A stretch of DNA of 64,000 nt from Phoronis australis. Taxonomy: Eukaryota; Animalia; Phoronida. The translations under genes were made by a program, and so were the position numbers. Shown here one piece after another: positions 12,557 through 24,500 of the stretch (position 1 is its first letter; each line of letters starts with the position of its first letter). The stretch spans positions 663,554-727,553 of the forward strand of contig NMRA01000025.1 of NCBI GenBank assembly GCA_002633005.1, read 5' to 3'. Under the pieces are notes generated by a model, which was not told the DNA's origin, searched no databases, and worked only from the letters and a program-made list of their open reading frames with translations.

Positions 12557-15500
12557 TTATGTCCAAGGTAAAAAATTCACATGCAGAGCTATGCCAACAA
12601 TGAAATAAATCAAAAAATATCCAAGAACCAAATTTGTTTTCCAGTCGTTACCGAAAACATTGCAGTACTGATCTAGCAGCAGACTTCTCAATGAACTCTT
12701 GGAGTTGACTTCTGTCTCCACGGCAATGTGTTTGTGAACATTCTTCGTCATATTCCAAGGGTTCGTTTCCACGATGACGTGATCCTTTGGAGTTGTTATC
12801 ATCGCGACGTACCAATAGATAACTGGACTAGATGACAGTAAAAATCTTGTCAGCACCTGCAGAAAAAAACGCAACAATCTTAACAGTCTCATATGTCCCA
12901 TACTGTTGAAGACGCAACCATGCAACAAATAACCATATAATGTGATACCTAAATCATACAAGAGTGAATATGTAATTTTTTGATAGACAAGCAAATTCTA
13001 AGACAACAAACACATAGTTTAGCTCTATGACAAGGTTGAAAACGATAGTTCACAACTGAATTGTATAGTTAAAATTCCACTTCTTGTATCAAATATTAAT
13101 TAAAAATTGATGTTTTCTAGTTTTCCGAAAACTTTTCACCTAGGGAGATTTGCGCATACAGATTCCAGTTAAGTATGATGTTCAATACAGTTTACACCAC
13201 CACAGCGTTTCGAATCTTCCAAGTCAGTCTGACACACATCAGTTTGTTGTAATAAGTGCAAAAAGGAAAAATAAATAAAACAAATTTCTGTGATCTAGTT
13301 CATGGAAATTACCTAGAACATATTGTCTGTGTCCCAATCTTCCAAATCAAGAAAAATACTGCTTCAATTTCTGAGTTCCATATTTAGTCTTTCCAAAATG
13401 GATAATCTTCACCGGAACAATGTAAGGAAAAATCTCATACAAAATGGCAGTCAGTTGAAATTTTGTTTTCTCATTTTCTCATAAAAGATACATAGTATAC
13501 CAAAATGATGCTTTGCCATATTCAAGTTCATTACCAAAGCTACCAACAGACAATATTTGAAGACAATATTTCAAAACATTGTCAATGGCGTTCAAAATAA
13601 AATTAAAAGCACAGAGGGAAAAAGAGAAAAAACAAGAACTTTTGGCAAAACATTATTGTCCGAAATTGGTGAAAATTTATAGTAAAAGTTCGCAATTAAA
13701 TACGAAACGCTCTTATTATTCAACTTCCAACAAACCTGAATGTGCATGAAAATCAAACCAAATGCGGTAAGCGCTAAGAGATGAACGATGAACACAAAAA
13801 CTTCGGCGGCTTCAAAACCGATCTTTGGCTTCTGATCCTTCTTCTTCTGCGCATAGTCCATGTTGCGCAGACCGAGCGACAGACAGTAAGCCCTGTTGGT
13901 CGTGAAGTAGTGCCTGGCTGCTAAAAGGCCGAGTAGAATCACGGGCAAGGCGAGCAGGAAGTTGGGTGTTTGTTTCACTTCGTAGTATCGCAGAAAGCCG
14001 ACTTCCCAGTGGTTTGATTGGATGTACGAATACGAAGCGGGAAGCTTGAGGTCACACCAGGCAGGCCGGTGGATTCCTGCGGTAACGTATTCCATTTCCT
14101 GTCCATACCACTCTACATTCACTGGGACTTTCGGAGAGTATGCCTTATTGCAGAAGAGCAGATAGGCATAGATTTGGTAGAGAACAAATGGCGCTATGCA
14201 AACGATAGTGTAAAGGAATGTCGGACATAGTATGATCCAAGCAATAGCCACCGATGCACTGAGAGAGCTCATTCGGTCTGGCATGTCCAGGCTTTGCACA
14301 GTCAAGAGTTGCAAGATCAATTCTTTCAGTTTTCCGTACAACATAAATCCAGTACACAGTAGTCCATTTGATCGGGTGAAGGAACAGAGGGCAGTGTACA
14401 GCACAGACTGGAGATAACTCTTCGATACATACTTGTTCATGGCTTTGAAAGCGAAGAAAGCAAACACAGTCTCTGAATATGCCACTGACATGAAAATACT
14501 GGCTGGGTTGATACAAAAGAACAGTGCTGCTTTGTAGGCTAGAGTATCATCCTTGAGTGTTTTCAGGCTGAGCTTATACAATGCTCTGGCCGCAAAGACA
14601 AAAAATATGAAGTTCACTAGCACCGCAGCAAGTATATAAACGCACGAAACGCTCATGAGATACTGAAGAGGAAAGAAGAATGTCATGGCAACCAAGCGCA
14701 CAAGTAGTGGGAAAAACGGGAAGAACGCCAAGCTGTTGTCATACGCGTAGCCGTATTCGGCAATGTGAAGAAAGTAGATGCTGTCCCATCGTCGGAACCC
14801 TCCAAACAGTTTCATGACCGTTTTGTCGGCTGTGACATGACGGGTTGGATCTATCGGAGGATTGAATACTAATGCTTTGTGATCATCTATGAGCAGATTG
14901 AAGAGTACCTGAAATGAGACAAAAGAGCAATAAAACAATGAATGCAGTTATTTTCACACACACCCACCCCAACCTGGAGCACTTGCTGAGATGACCCTGG
15001 CAACAAAGTGACTAAATGATTTAAATTATCTACATGTATGTACTACAAGGAAGTCATAGAACACTACTATCTTCCTCGAGTAAACTAACTTGGTTAGTGA
15101 CATGAAAACAATGTCAATAACTCCATTACTTTGCAAATTAATTTGTAACGCCATTATATGCGTTGACTTTGAGAGCCAGGAAATAGAGTGTCATCTATTG
15201 AATAATTTTTTGCCCAATTTCTTAATCAACTGCTCTTCTTTCACAAGGTTGTGTACAGTTCAATACATGTTACCAGAACTGGTTTCATTAAATGTAATCA
15301 ACTTTTTGTGTTTTATTACCGGCAAACCAAATTTTTTAGCCCAGATCGCCTCAGCGAAGTTGGCATAATTTCCCAAAAGATGGTGCAAAAGTTGAGTAAA
15401 TGGCACGTGCAGCGCTTGTCATGAGCTAGGCAACACGTTGCCCCTTGGTTGGCCGCATAGGGGATACAACACTTCCCATCGCTTTCTGTACGCATTTCGC

Positions 15501-17664
15501 TCCATGTATTTTAAACAGGCAGTAGGCCAAATCCAGCCACCGATTTTGAGTTTTCACCTCATCAAAAATACATTCTTCACTCAAAACTATCACAAAAATG
15601 AGCTTACTTTCTTCAGTAATCCTTTCTACTTCTACACATATCTTTGATGAAGCATATCTACTAGAATTAAGGTGACTTAGGAGAAGAATTCTAACTCCAC
15701 TTTTTGGTCACTGTTAACTTTTTCACCGCACCCACGATAACCACAAAATATTTCAACTGAGTCACGCGAGTTAAGCAAAGGCTAGCGCGAGACTGAGCAA
15801 AGCGCGTGACTTGGCATGTGACGCTTGCAAAATAGCATGGGAAGATATCGGGTGGAATTTGTGAGATTTGTGTCCCTTGGACTTTTTGTTCGTGATCTCT
15901 CACAACTTCCTCAAAATGGAGAGCCGCGACAGGTTTTCATGGATATGTTCAAGTTATGTTGACTAAATTGTATTCAGAGTCAAGGTATGTGTTAATTATA
16001 ACAGCATGTGCATTTATGCATGTTTCCTTCGATTTTATTAGCTCTATTTTGAAATGCGTAACTTTTTATGGGGATGTACTATCGCCCATGTAATTGCCAA
16101 GTCATTAGCATACTGTGTTGAAATCGAAGATCAACTTTTCTTTGTTACAAAAGTGTGGGTGATGCAAGAAAATGATGTTCATACATCATATCCCCTGGCA
16201 TGCACAATGTACCGATTTTGGGAATTGAACAAGGGACTGATGCTCAAAGAAAAAGTTTGATAACAGGAATATTTGTTCGAGTTGGAAGGAATTAACGACA
16301 TCCTCCACTGAGCTAGCTAGAGTAGTGTTGTGAAAGTGCTTCCGGTGAATCATATATGAGCCTCTGTTAGCCACTAGGTAACGGGCAATTGCCTATTAGC
16401 TGAATGGTTAGCACGCTTGCCGGTTTTATGGGGGTCGCTGGTTCGATTCCAAAGGTCCGGTAATCTCGGCTATTACTACAGTAGAGACTGTGGTGTTCAA
16501 CTTAATAAGACCTCTCTAGATTGTTTGCCAAAGCGCAATGGGCAATTGCAGTTTGGATGCGGGTAATTGTTTACAATATGACGACAATAAGTTGCACATA
16601 TGATTTTGGTATCGTTAGATTCCTCATGCTGTCACCTTTCCAAAAATATAAGAATTGATCCCCTACCGCGTTTCCTTCATATTTTATCGTCGAATTTCAG
16701 TTAGCACTATTTCCCGGTGGACACCGCCATGTTAGTTCAACTCAAGATAACAGCGACACCTATTGTTATTGAATTAAACAGCATCATTGATTCTGAATGG
16801 TGGTTGCCCGCGCGAGATTCCCGCTAAAGTTTTCCTGACATAATATGGTGCATGCACAAGTAGAAGCATTTTACCTTTTCCATTTTTTTAGAATTGTGAC
16901 CATTCAGTGACCATTTTTCCATGAAATTGTCTGAAGTGATACTTTTTTCACAAATCTGGACCTCAAAAACAACCTCCGCTTTTTGGCAGATTCTTGCTAG
17001 CAGATGCGTATATCAGGGTCACCATAGGATCGAATTCGAACCCTTGGTTACGTAACTCGGGCAGTGGATTGACGGGTCTCGGTCAATTTGAACTTATGAA
17101 AAGCGACGATCTGCAAGTCGGTAGATTAGTTCAGTTTTTGACCGCCAGGTGACTCCTTATCCATTCAAAATGGCGGTATTACTACCGAGTACCAGGAAAT
17201 AGTGCGAGCAGAAATTTCACGATAAAAAACTAAGGGAACAGGGTAGGACAAATTTCTACGTATATTTGGAAAGATAACATTGCGAGGAATCGAACGATAC
17301 CAAAATCATATGTCTAAGTCTTTGTCGTCATATTGTAAACAATTACCTGGATGCGAGACTCTGGGTCAGGAAGCCGCTAGTTCTACTACCGGTTGAACCA
17401 TTACCAGAAAAAGTTCAATAATACACTGTTATGCCTTGGTACTAGCCACGGCGCGGCGGGGGTCCACGGCAATCCACCGCACAGCATTTCGCCATTTAAA
17501 CTTCGCTGTTCTCATCAGTAATCTGCCGAAGATGAACAAATGTGATGTTATTTCAAGTGTACTTTCAACTCAAATCAATCAAAACCTTGTACCTGGAGCA
17601 GTATCACAATAATTCGCGAAAAACATGCGAAACGGGTTACTTTTCCCTCCAGTGACAGCGACAT
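12557..17664 (-). CDS. PIGV: GPI mannosyltransferase 2 (PIG-V), 514 aa, 3 coding exons
   Basis: Exons 17664-17593 (MSLSLEGKVTRFACFSRIIVILLQ), 14908-13736 and 12856-12557, all phase 0 with GT-AG. Motifs: RWDSIYFLHIAEYGY, AFFPFFP, FCINPASIFMSVAYSE, RSNG, YSYIQSNHWEVGFLRYYEVKQTPNFLLALP, MHIQVLTRFLLSSSP, C-terminal HVNFLPWT. Confidence 0.96.
16391..16462 (+). mobile_element. Degenerate tRNA-derived SINE head
   Basis: A box TAGCTGAATGG and B box GGTTCGATTCC, without a proper cloverleaf. Confidence 0.5.
16562..17347. mobile_element. MITE with ~170-bp TIRs and 8-bp TSD (Merlin- or Mutator-like) in PIGV intron 1
   Basis: GGTAATTGTTTACAATATGACGACAA ... TTGTCGTCATATTGTAAACAATTACC; TSD TGGATGCG at 16554-61 and 17348-55. 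Confidence 0.85.
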
Positions 17665-17810
17665 CTTGGATTTAAGCCTACGCGCTAAAGTACTCTAATT
17701 TCTATTGGCTTGATTTTGTTGTGTTCTGTGATCTTAGATGTGATTGGTCAAAACAGCACATGCTGGAAGAACCGCAGAGGAGAAGAAAACCCTTTGTTTT
17801 GTGTAGGTTT
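17665..17810. promoter_or_regulatory. Putative bidirectional promoter of PIGV and TADA3 with two CCAAT boxes
   Basis: Lies directly upstream of the PIGV ATG (17664, -) and about 0.8 kb upstream of the TADA3 ATG. Two ATTGG (reverse CCAAT, NF-Y type) motifs at about 17704 and 17744. TSS positions are inferred. Confidence 0.55.
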
Positions 17811-18521
17811 TCTAATTTAAATCGTGGTTATGCAAAATACTACGAGTTTACTTTCAAAAATATTGCCTTGGTGTCCTTAGGCGTTCTTTCTGTTGAATCT
17901 TTATCATCCAGAATAATTTGAATTGCGAGTTTAAGGATGTATTCCCTTGCTGGTTTCCAGCTGGTAGCCTTTTCATGTTTCTACTTTAGTCTTTACTGTT
18001 CAATTCATTCACTGAATCACTCAGTCCGGGCATGCCCATTTCTATTACAGTACCTTGCTGAGTGATTATTATCTTAATTATGGATGAAGATTGTGTGATC
18101 AGTCACTGGGGGTTTGCTTCAAAATTACCTAAAGATGCATTTGCATACTCGTAACTGCTAATTTTTGTGTATAGCAGTAATGATAGCTTAAGGGCTACAG
18201 GATAATGCTATTTTAACATAATATACACTAAACAAAATGCAGTTGTATTCCTTGACAACTTATAAATGTGAAAACAAAAATTTCAGCAATGGGTGACATT
18301 TGCACTAATGACGTACCTCAAGGGCTCACGTAGCACAGACACCTTCCCCTCAGGTGAGCAAGGGCCCTGATCATGTGTTTCACCTTGATTGTCTCAATCA
18401 ACTCTCTACATGCTGGGTGTGCAGTGCCTCACAGCTTGATTTTATTCGTGTTCCATTCAGGGATTTTCTTGTTGAAGAATGTCTATCTCTACCCACAGAG
18501 TCATGTGAGGAGGTGGCCAGT

Positions 18522-21500
18522 ATGATGAAAGGAAAGGGTAAACGTACTTTGGCCTCAGATGACTGTCCTCTCTCTTTCCCAGAGTTGGAGGTGGTAGATC
18601 ACAAGCAGGCTTGTCCCAAGTATACTGCTAGTAAGTTCAAATGTGTCGTTTGTTTCCTGTGCTGTCTTGTAATTTGGCTTGTTTTGATTTATGTAGCAGT
18701 TCTTGGATCATTTTCATTCCATTCAAGTTTATGGTAATGTTTGTCAATGTGGTTTGGTTCTAGTTCTCAATCATGAGAAGTTTAAGGGTCATTTTGCAGC
18801 TGTTTAGTTCTCACTGTTCATTATACACCAAAGTGGTTGGGGGTTTGAAAACATTACCACACCTATCCCGTTGTGAGTTTTTGGCGACTGAACTGGCAAC
18901 GCACCATCTTGAAGTTCACAACTTTAGGATTGAACATCCTCAAAAAGATTTTGAAGCATTTTCCTGAGTCACGCATGGTTATTGGTAATGGTAGTTAAGT
19001 CTTGCCATGGTAAGGAATACCATGAGATTGGTTTATGAGCTTAAGTGGGCAGTACATGTTGATAACAGAGTTATACTTAGTAAAATATTTTGTGACGTAT
19101 GATCTCTCTGTAATTCTTCAATACATGGCCAGCAAGTGAATTTTGCTTACAAAACCAAAGATTATGAACATTTTAGTCTATTGCAAGCATAGACTGTATA
19201 AATAGAGTGTAGATGTCGTAAAACAACATTTTCTGAAACTCAGTAGGTGGTGCTGCTGCGCATCAAGGCTGGACCAATTGAGGTTTGTCAGAAAGCAATA
19301 GCAGTGACAACTAGTGGCAGAAACGATGAACTAGTGTTTCAAGTTTTAATTGCTGGTGTGGACAGCGAAGACCTAAGCCCGGTTTAGTTGGTCTGAACAC
19401 AGCTTATGTTCAAATGTGGTCAGAGTAAAACTTGTGTTACTCTCATGTCCCATTGCAGTTTTGTCACGGCCTGCGGATCAGTCTATAGCAGTAGATGAAG
19501 TGAATCAACTGCACACTGAGTTGGAGAGTATCCTAACGTCTACAGCCAAACGAATGCGGTTGCTTGAGGCTGAAATACAAATACTGAGCGACTGGCAGGA
19601 GAAGAGGATAGACAAGAAGCCGGTAGATCCATGATATAACTTTAGAGCTGCGTGAAAATTGGTAAAAGTCAGTTGTAGGGGTACCACATTCTGAGAGCCA
19701 GTTTTCTCTAGTTATGGGTGTCAAACTGGTTATCAAAATGCAGCTCACCCCAATAAGTGACTATTACCCGAAAATCAATCCTTATATTTTGGCCATACTT
19801 TGAGAAGCAATAAAAGTATAGCTTCAGTATTGCAATGCAGTGCAAGCCCTTAAACGTGATCTCAGCATTTGTTGTCAAAGTGTCGATATTGGATACTCAA
19901 TGATTATTTGGCGGTTTTAATGAAGAAATGGAATTTTTTGTCATTATCTTATTATACTACAGGCAGAATTATGTTGTCATGACAACTACAGTTAGGACAG
20001 TTGTTTAAGTAGGGTCACCTAGTGAAGTTTAATCTTGTATTTCTGAGCAGTACCCCTCTCGCCATTAGAAACGTGCTCAATGGTTCGGTAATCATTCCAG
20101 AGCGAGTTGGCAACGCCAGTGAAGAGAGGCAAGGGAGCAGAAGAGAGACCCATGAAGAAGGTGAAGGAATCTGAGAAGGGCAAGGGGAAGGCATACTCGG
20201 GCCAGGTTGGACCAGGGCGACCGAAAAGCAAAGGAAAACAAGTGGGTGTTTGTATTTGTGCTTTGTAGAGAGTTTCGTGAAAACCTGACGAAAAGAGGGA
20301 TAAAGTGTATTACCGGTAGAACGCAAATTTTTCAAGTTATAACAAAATCTGTTCATTCTGCAAAAGTTTGTTGTTTTTTAGTAGCCATTAGAGGAGGCAG
20401 TGTGGCCTGGTTGATAAGTGCCCGCTTTCTTTACTCGAGGTCGTGGGTTCAAGTCCCACCAGGTCACACTGCTAAACCCTTGAGCCAGGTTTCTAGCTCC
20501 TCAGCTCGGTTTTAGCCATATATCAATAAGGCATAAAAATATTTCCAGGTGATCAGTGCAATGGGCCCACATGCGAGGCCTGTGCACGTCTGATACAACG
20601 TGTATCAGACCGCCTGCAATTATTTTTTTATAGTAGCCATTAGCTTTGTTGTGTTCTGTTAATTATTTATTCAGTTACCATTTTGACTGGTTTTATTTGT
20701 TTCCACACAATTCGCATTGTAATTGATCATCTATCATATTTCTTCACCCTTTCCAGTTGCTCTGCGAGAGTATCGTGTAACATGACGTCTCTCACACGCT
20801 GTTGATACATAATTGTTCACTGCGTACTGTCATTGCCTTTACATTCTCAGACCAAAGTTCACGAGAGTGACTACACTGAATCGCCCCAGGAGCTGCCACG
20901 GCTTCCCCGCACAGACATGCCTGACAAGTTCTGGTCGTTCCTGGAGCCCTACTGCCAGGAAATCTCTCCAGAGGACTGCAGAGTACTAGAGGAAATCATC
21001 AGGTATGCTGATCTCGTCCTGGTTGCTGTTAATTTGTATGACTGTGTTTCTAAACTGTGACATGTTAACAATTACATGGCAAAAACTTTATTCTGTAATT
21101 GTCGTAAGTCACTTTTATGAAACAACCCATATGTCAAAAATCAAAATTTCATTTATTTAGGTTTGCTTAGCTGTACTAATTGTATCGTTTTCGCAGGTAG
21201 TACTGTTAATATTCTTTATTAACACAGCTTCTTTTGATTTGTTGATTAGTCATGAGACAAAGTTCACGGTGCAGATAGCATGCATCATTCATAATGTACA
21301 GATTTTAACTTAACTCATTCGACCCTGAGCGCCTTATGGTATAAATTGCTTAGTGGCCTGGCTGAGCTGTGGAATGTCTACCCCCTTGAAGTCGGAAGGT
21401 ATTTCACTCAGAACTAGGTCACAACCACTGCACATAATTAAAACCTTGTTACACCATACATAATTTGTTAAATGCACGACACTTTTCATTGTTCACGGTC

Positions 21501-24500
21501 TTTCTCCGTTGCGTTCATACTTTCTGAACAAAGCTCTACTCTCAACTGAACATAGATACAGTAACTGACCTAGCGACATAATTAAAAGACACACGATATT
21601 TCGAAACATATTTGTTTCATTCTCAAGTGAAGATAAAATGACGCAGTAATGCCACCACAGAATATAAGCTGACGACACACACAGTGAGACACGGCGGGTG
21701 TGAAATACTGCAAAGAATGACTAATGAATTGGGGTAACAGGAAAGTCACACAAACAAGTGTAACGTGCGGCGCGACCCTGTTTACTGCTCATTCAAAACA
21801 GGCTTCTCAAAAGCAATTAAAAGGGACTCTAATACTTTCAAACGCAGCACATCTTGCTCCACGTAGCGAAGGCACATATGTTCCATTCATGAATGGGACG
21901 GCATGTGCGAACTTTCGGACGGATCCGACTACCGGTGTGCCCCCTAGTGGCAATTTTAGTTTTTTACGCTTACCTTTGTATCTTCAAAAGTCCTGAACGG
22001 ATTTTCATGAAATTTGGTATGTAGGCACCTAGTAGTGAGATGACGCTATCCTGCCGTTTTCAGATGGATTCGACATAGTTTGCGCCACCTAGTGGCCATT
22101 TTTACTGTTTTCGAGTCTGTATTTTTGCGTCCACCCCTCTATCAACCAAACCGCTCAAAGGATGATTGTGAAAATTGGCGTGTATGTGCTTACTATAAGG
22201 AAGACAGCTGACAATGATTTTCAGACGATTTGGACTACTGTGGCGCCTCCTAGTGGCAGTTTTTTTTTTTTGCGCCCATGGCTGTATCTCCCAAACCGTT
22301 TGCAGGATCTTTACTAAATTTAGCAAGTGTATTTATGTGATGTTGACAACGGACGATGACGACTTTAGGATGATTCTGACTACCGGTATGCCTCTAGTGG
22401 CAATTTTAGTATTTGCCTGTAGTGGCAATTTTAGTATTTTACATTGACCTCTGTATTTTCATAGGTCTTCAGGTGTATACTTTGTGTTACTTCGTGACTG
22501 TGAAGGAAAAGTTCCAAGTAGAAATTTGTTTCTGGCATTCTAATGCTGTGCAAATCTCTTATTTTGGTAAATTTGTTTTTAATTCTATGTTTCTGTGGTG
22601 CTTTAAGCAACTGGTGTATAGGATGTGCTTGTATTATGAAGATTACTCACATTTTGCCCCTAGCCTATTGAGGAGACAATGACCATGCCTTAACATTTTC
22701 CAAAGTATACCCTCTACTGGCCACTTTGTGGTACCAATAAACAACCCTAGAAGGATACCGTAAGCGGTGCAATTGTGGGCGCATTTCAACGCTCCGCGTT
22801 ACTCTTGTATTCTGTGGTGGCATTACTGCGTCATTTTATCTTCACTTGAGAATGAAACAAGTATGTTTCGAAATATCGTGTGTCTTTTAATTATGTCGCT
22901 AGGTCAGTTACTGTATCTATGTTCAGTTGAGAGTAGAGCTTTGTTCAGAAAGTATGAACGCAACGGAATAAAGACCGTGAACAATGAAAAGTGTCGTGCA
23001 TTTAACAAATTCTGTATAACAGAAAACTTGCTCCCGAAGTACAGTCACAATGTCATTAATAAACGTATACTTACCAAATTTTCAGCAACACATCTTGAGT
23101 AAATGAGCTTCATGTTGATATAACTTTCATCCAAATTTAATACTGATAAAGGGTTAAACAAGCACTTTTACTTTTTCTTTTCCAGAAACGAAGACATTTG
23201 TTTACAAATAATCCACTTAAATTTCCAGAAAACGTGCCAGGAAAGTTTTTTGTGTGGCATTTCCTCATTATAATTTACATCACTGAAATCTGTATCTAAA
23301 TCTTACCACTCAGTGCCATCAGTATCCACACTATCAAATCCATAATCACTGAATTAAGTCTATATTAATTATCTAAGTGTGACCAGTGTCATCAGTATCC
23401 ACACTATCCTCCATACTTTCCTGTGAGAGCAGCAGATGATATCTGTGTAGTACTTAGGGCAGTATTTCAAGTGAACACAGTGCTAGTGACAGAGTAGAAT
23501 GTTCTCAGTAACTGGACATTTTGTTATTGTATCTGGTCAGTTCCAACAAAATAAACAGGGCACCCTAGCAGATGATTACGTGGTGACAGCAGTGTTATGT
23601 AATACCAATTAGGCTCAAGTTTAGAGCAATTAGCTCCAATCTAGTCTTCAAATCAAACAATCCTACTATATTTCTTGGAATAAAATCTCTATAATCTTTC
23701 AAAAGTTGCAACAACCACTGCAAATATAACGTGCTCCCTGGTTTTCCTTGAATTGATAATTAGCTTGTGAAGAAATGGTTCTTAAGTCCAGAAATAACAG
23801 CTGATAGGCATTAACTTCACAAACAATAAGTTAATACAGAGTCTGGTGTCTCAATCCTCATTGGATAGAAAACTGGGAATACCCTAGATATATTTAAAGT
23901 TAAACCAATAAATTGCTGCCTTCTATCCCTCCTGAAGACGTGATCCGCCTGTGAGATACATTGTTTAGATAACGCCTCCAGACGGCATCAGGCCCTGAGT
24001 GGAAACAAACAGTCACGCCATATGGCGGGATCAGGGACGAATGAGTTAACACAATTTTGAAAAAATGAACCTTTAATGGATAGATTTCCAGTAAACAACA
24101 AGGGAACTGTTTCCCAAACGAAAAATTGGCTTATGACATAAGCCAAAAGTCAGAAATCTGACAGTTGATTTTTTGTCTTTTGCTTTTCTTAAAACCTGTC
24201 TTTTGTCTAGTCGAGTAGTACTTGAGATGTAGACGTTAGATTGTCTGACTTTCGGTCTTAGTTTGTTTTTGGGAAATGAGCTAAGTAATCCATGTACTGA
24301 TTTTTACCCGAAAGTCAAAAGAAACAAGCCAATGGACTCTTGGAGAAACGAGCGCCATATGTAAAATGGAGAATTATTTTGTTAAAGAATTTTTATCATA
24401 ATTAAAGGGAAAAGACTTCATTTGAAAACAGTACATTTATGAATAGCAACAAATTCTTTGATCACGGCAGTTCCCACGAGGACGACTCTGAATACTTCAA

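Noticed and set aside
13592-14938. 448-aa single-exon reading of PIGV
   Set aside because: Both ends run into introns. The conserved N- and C-termini are in the exons at 17664-17593 and 12856-12557.
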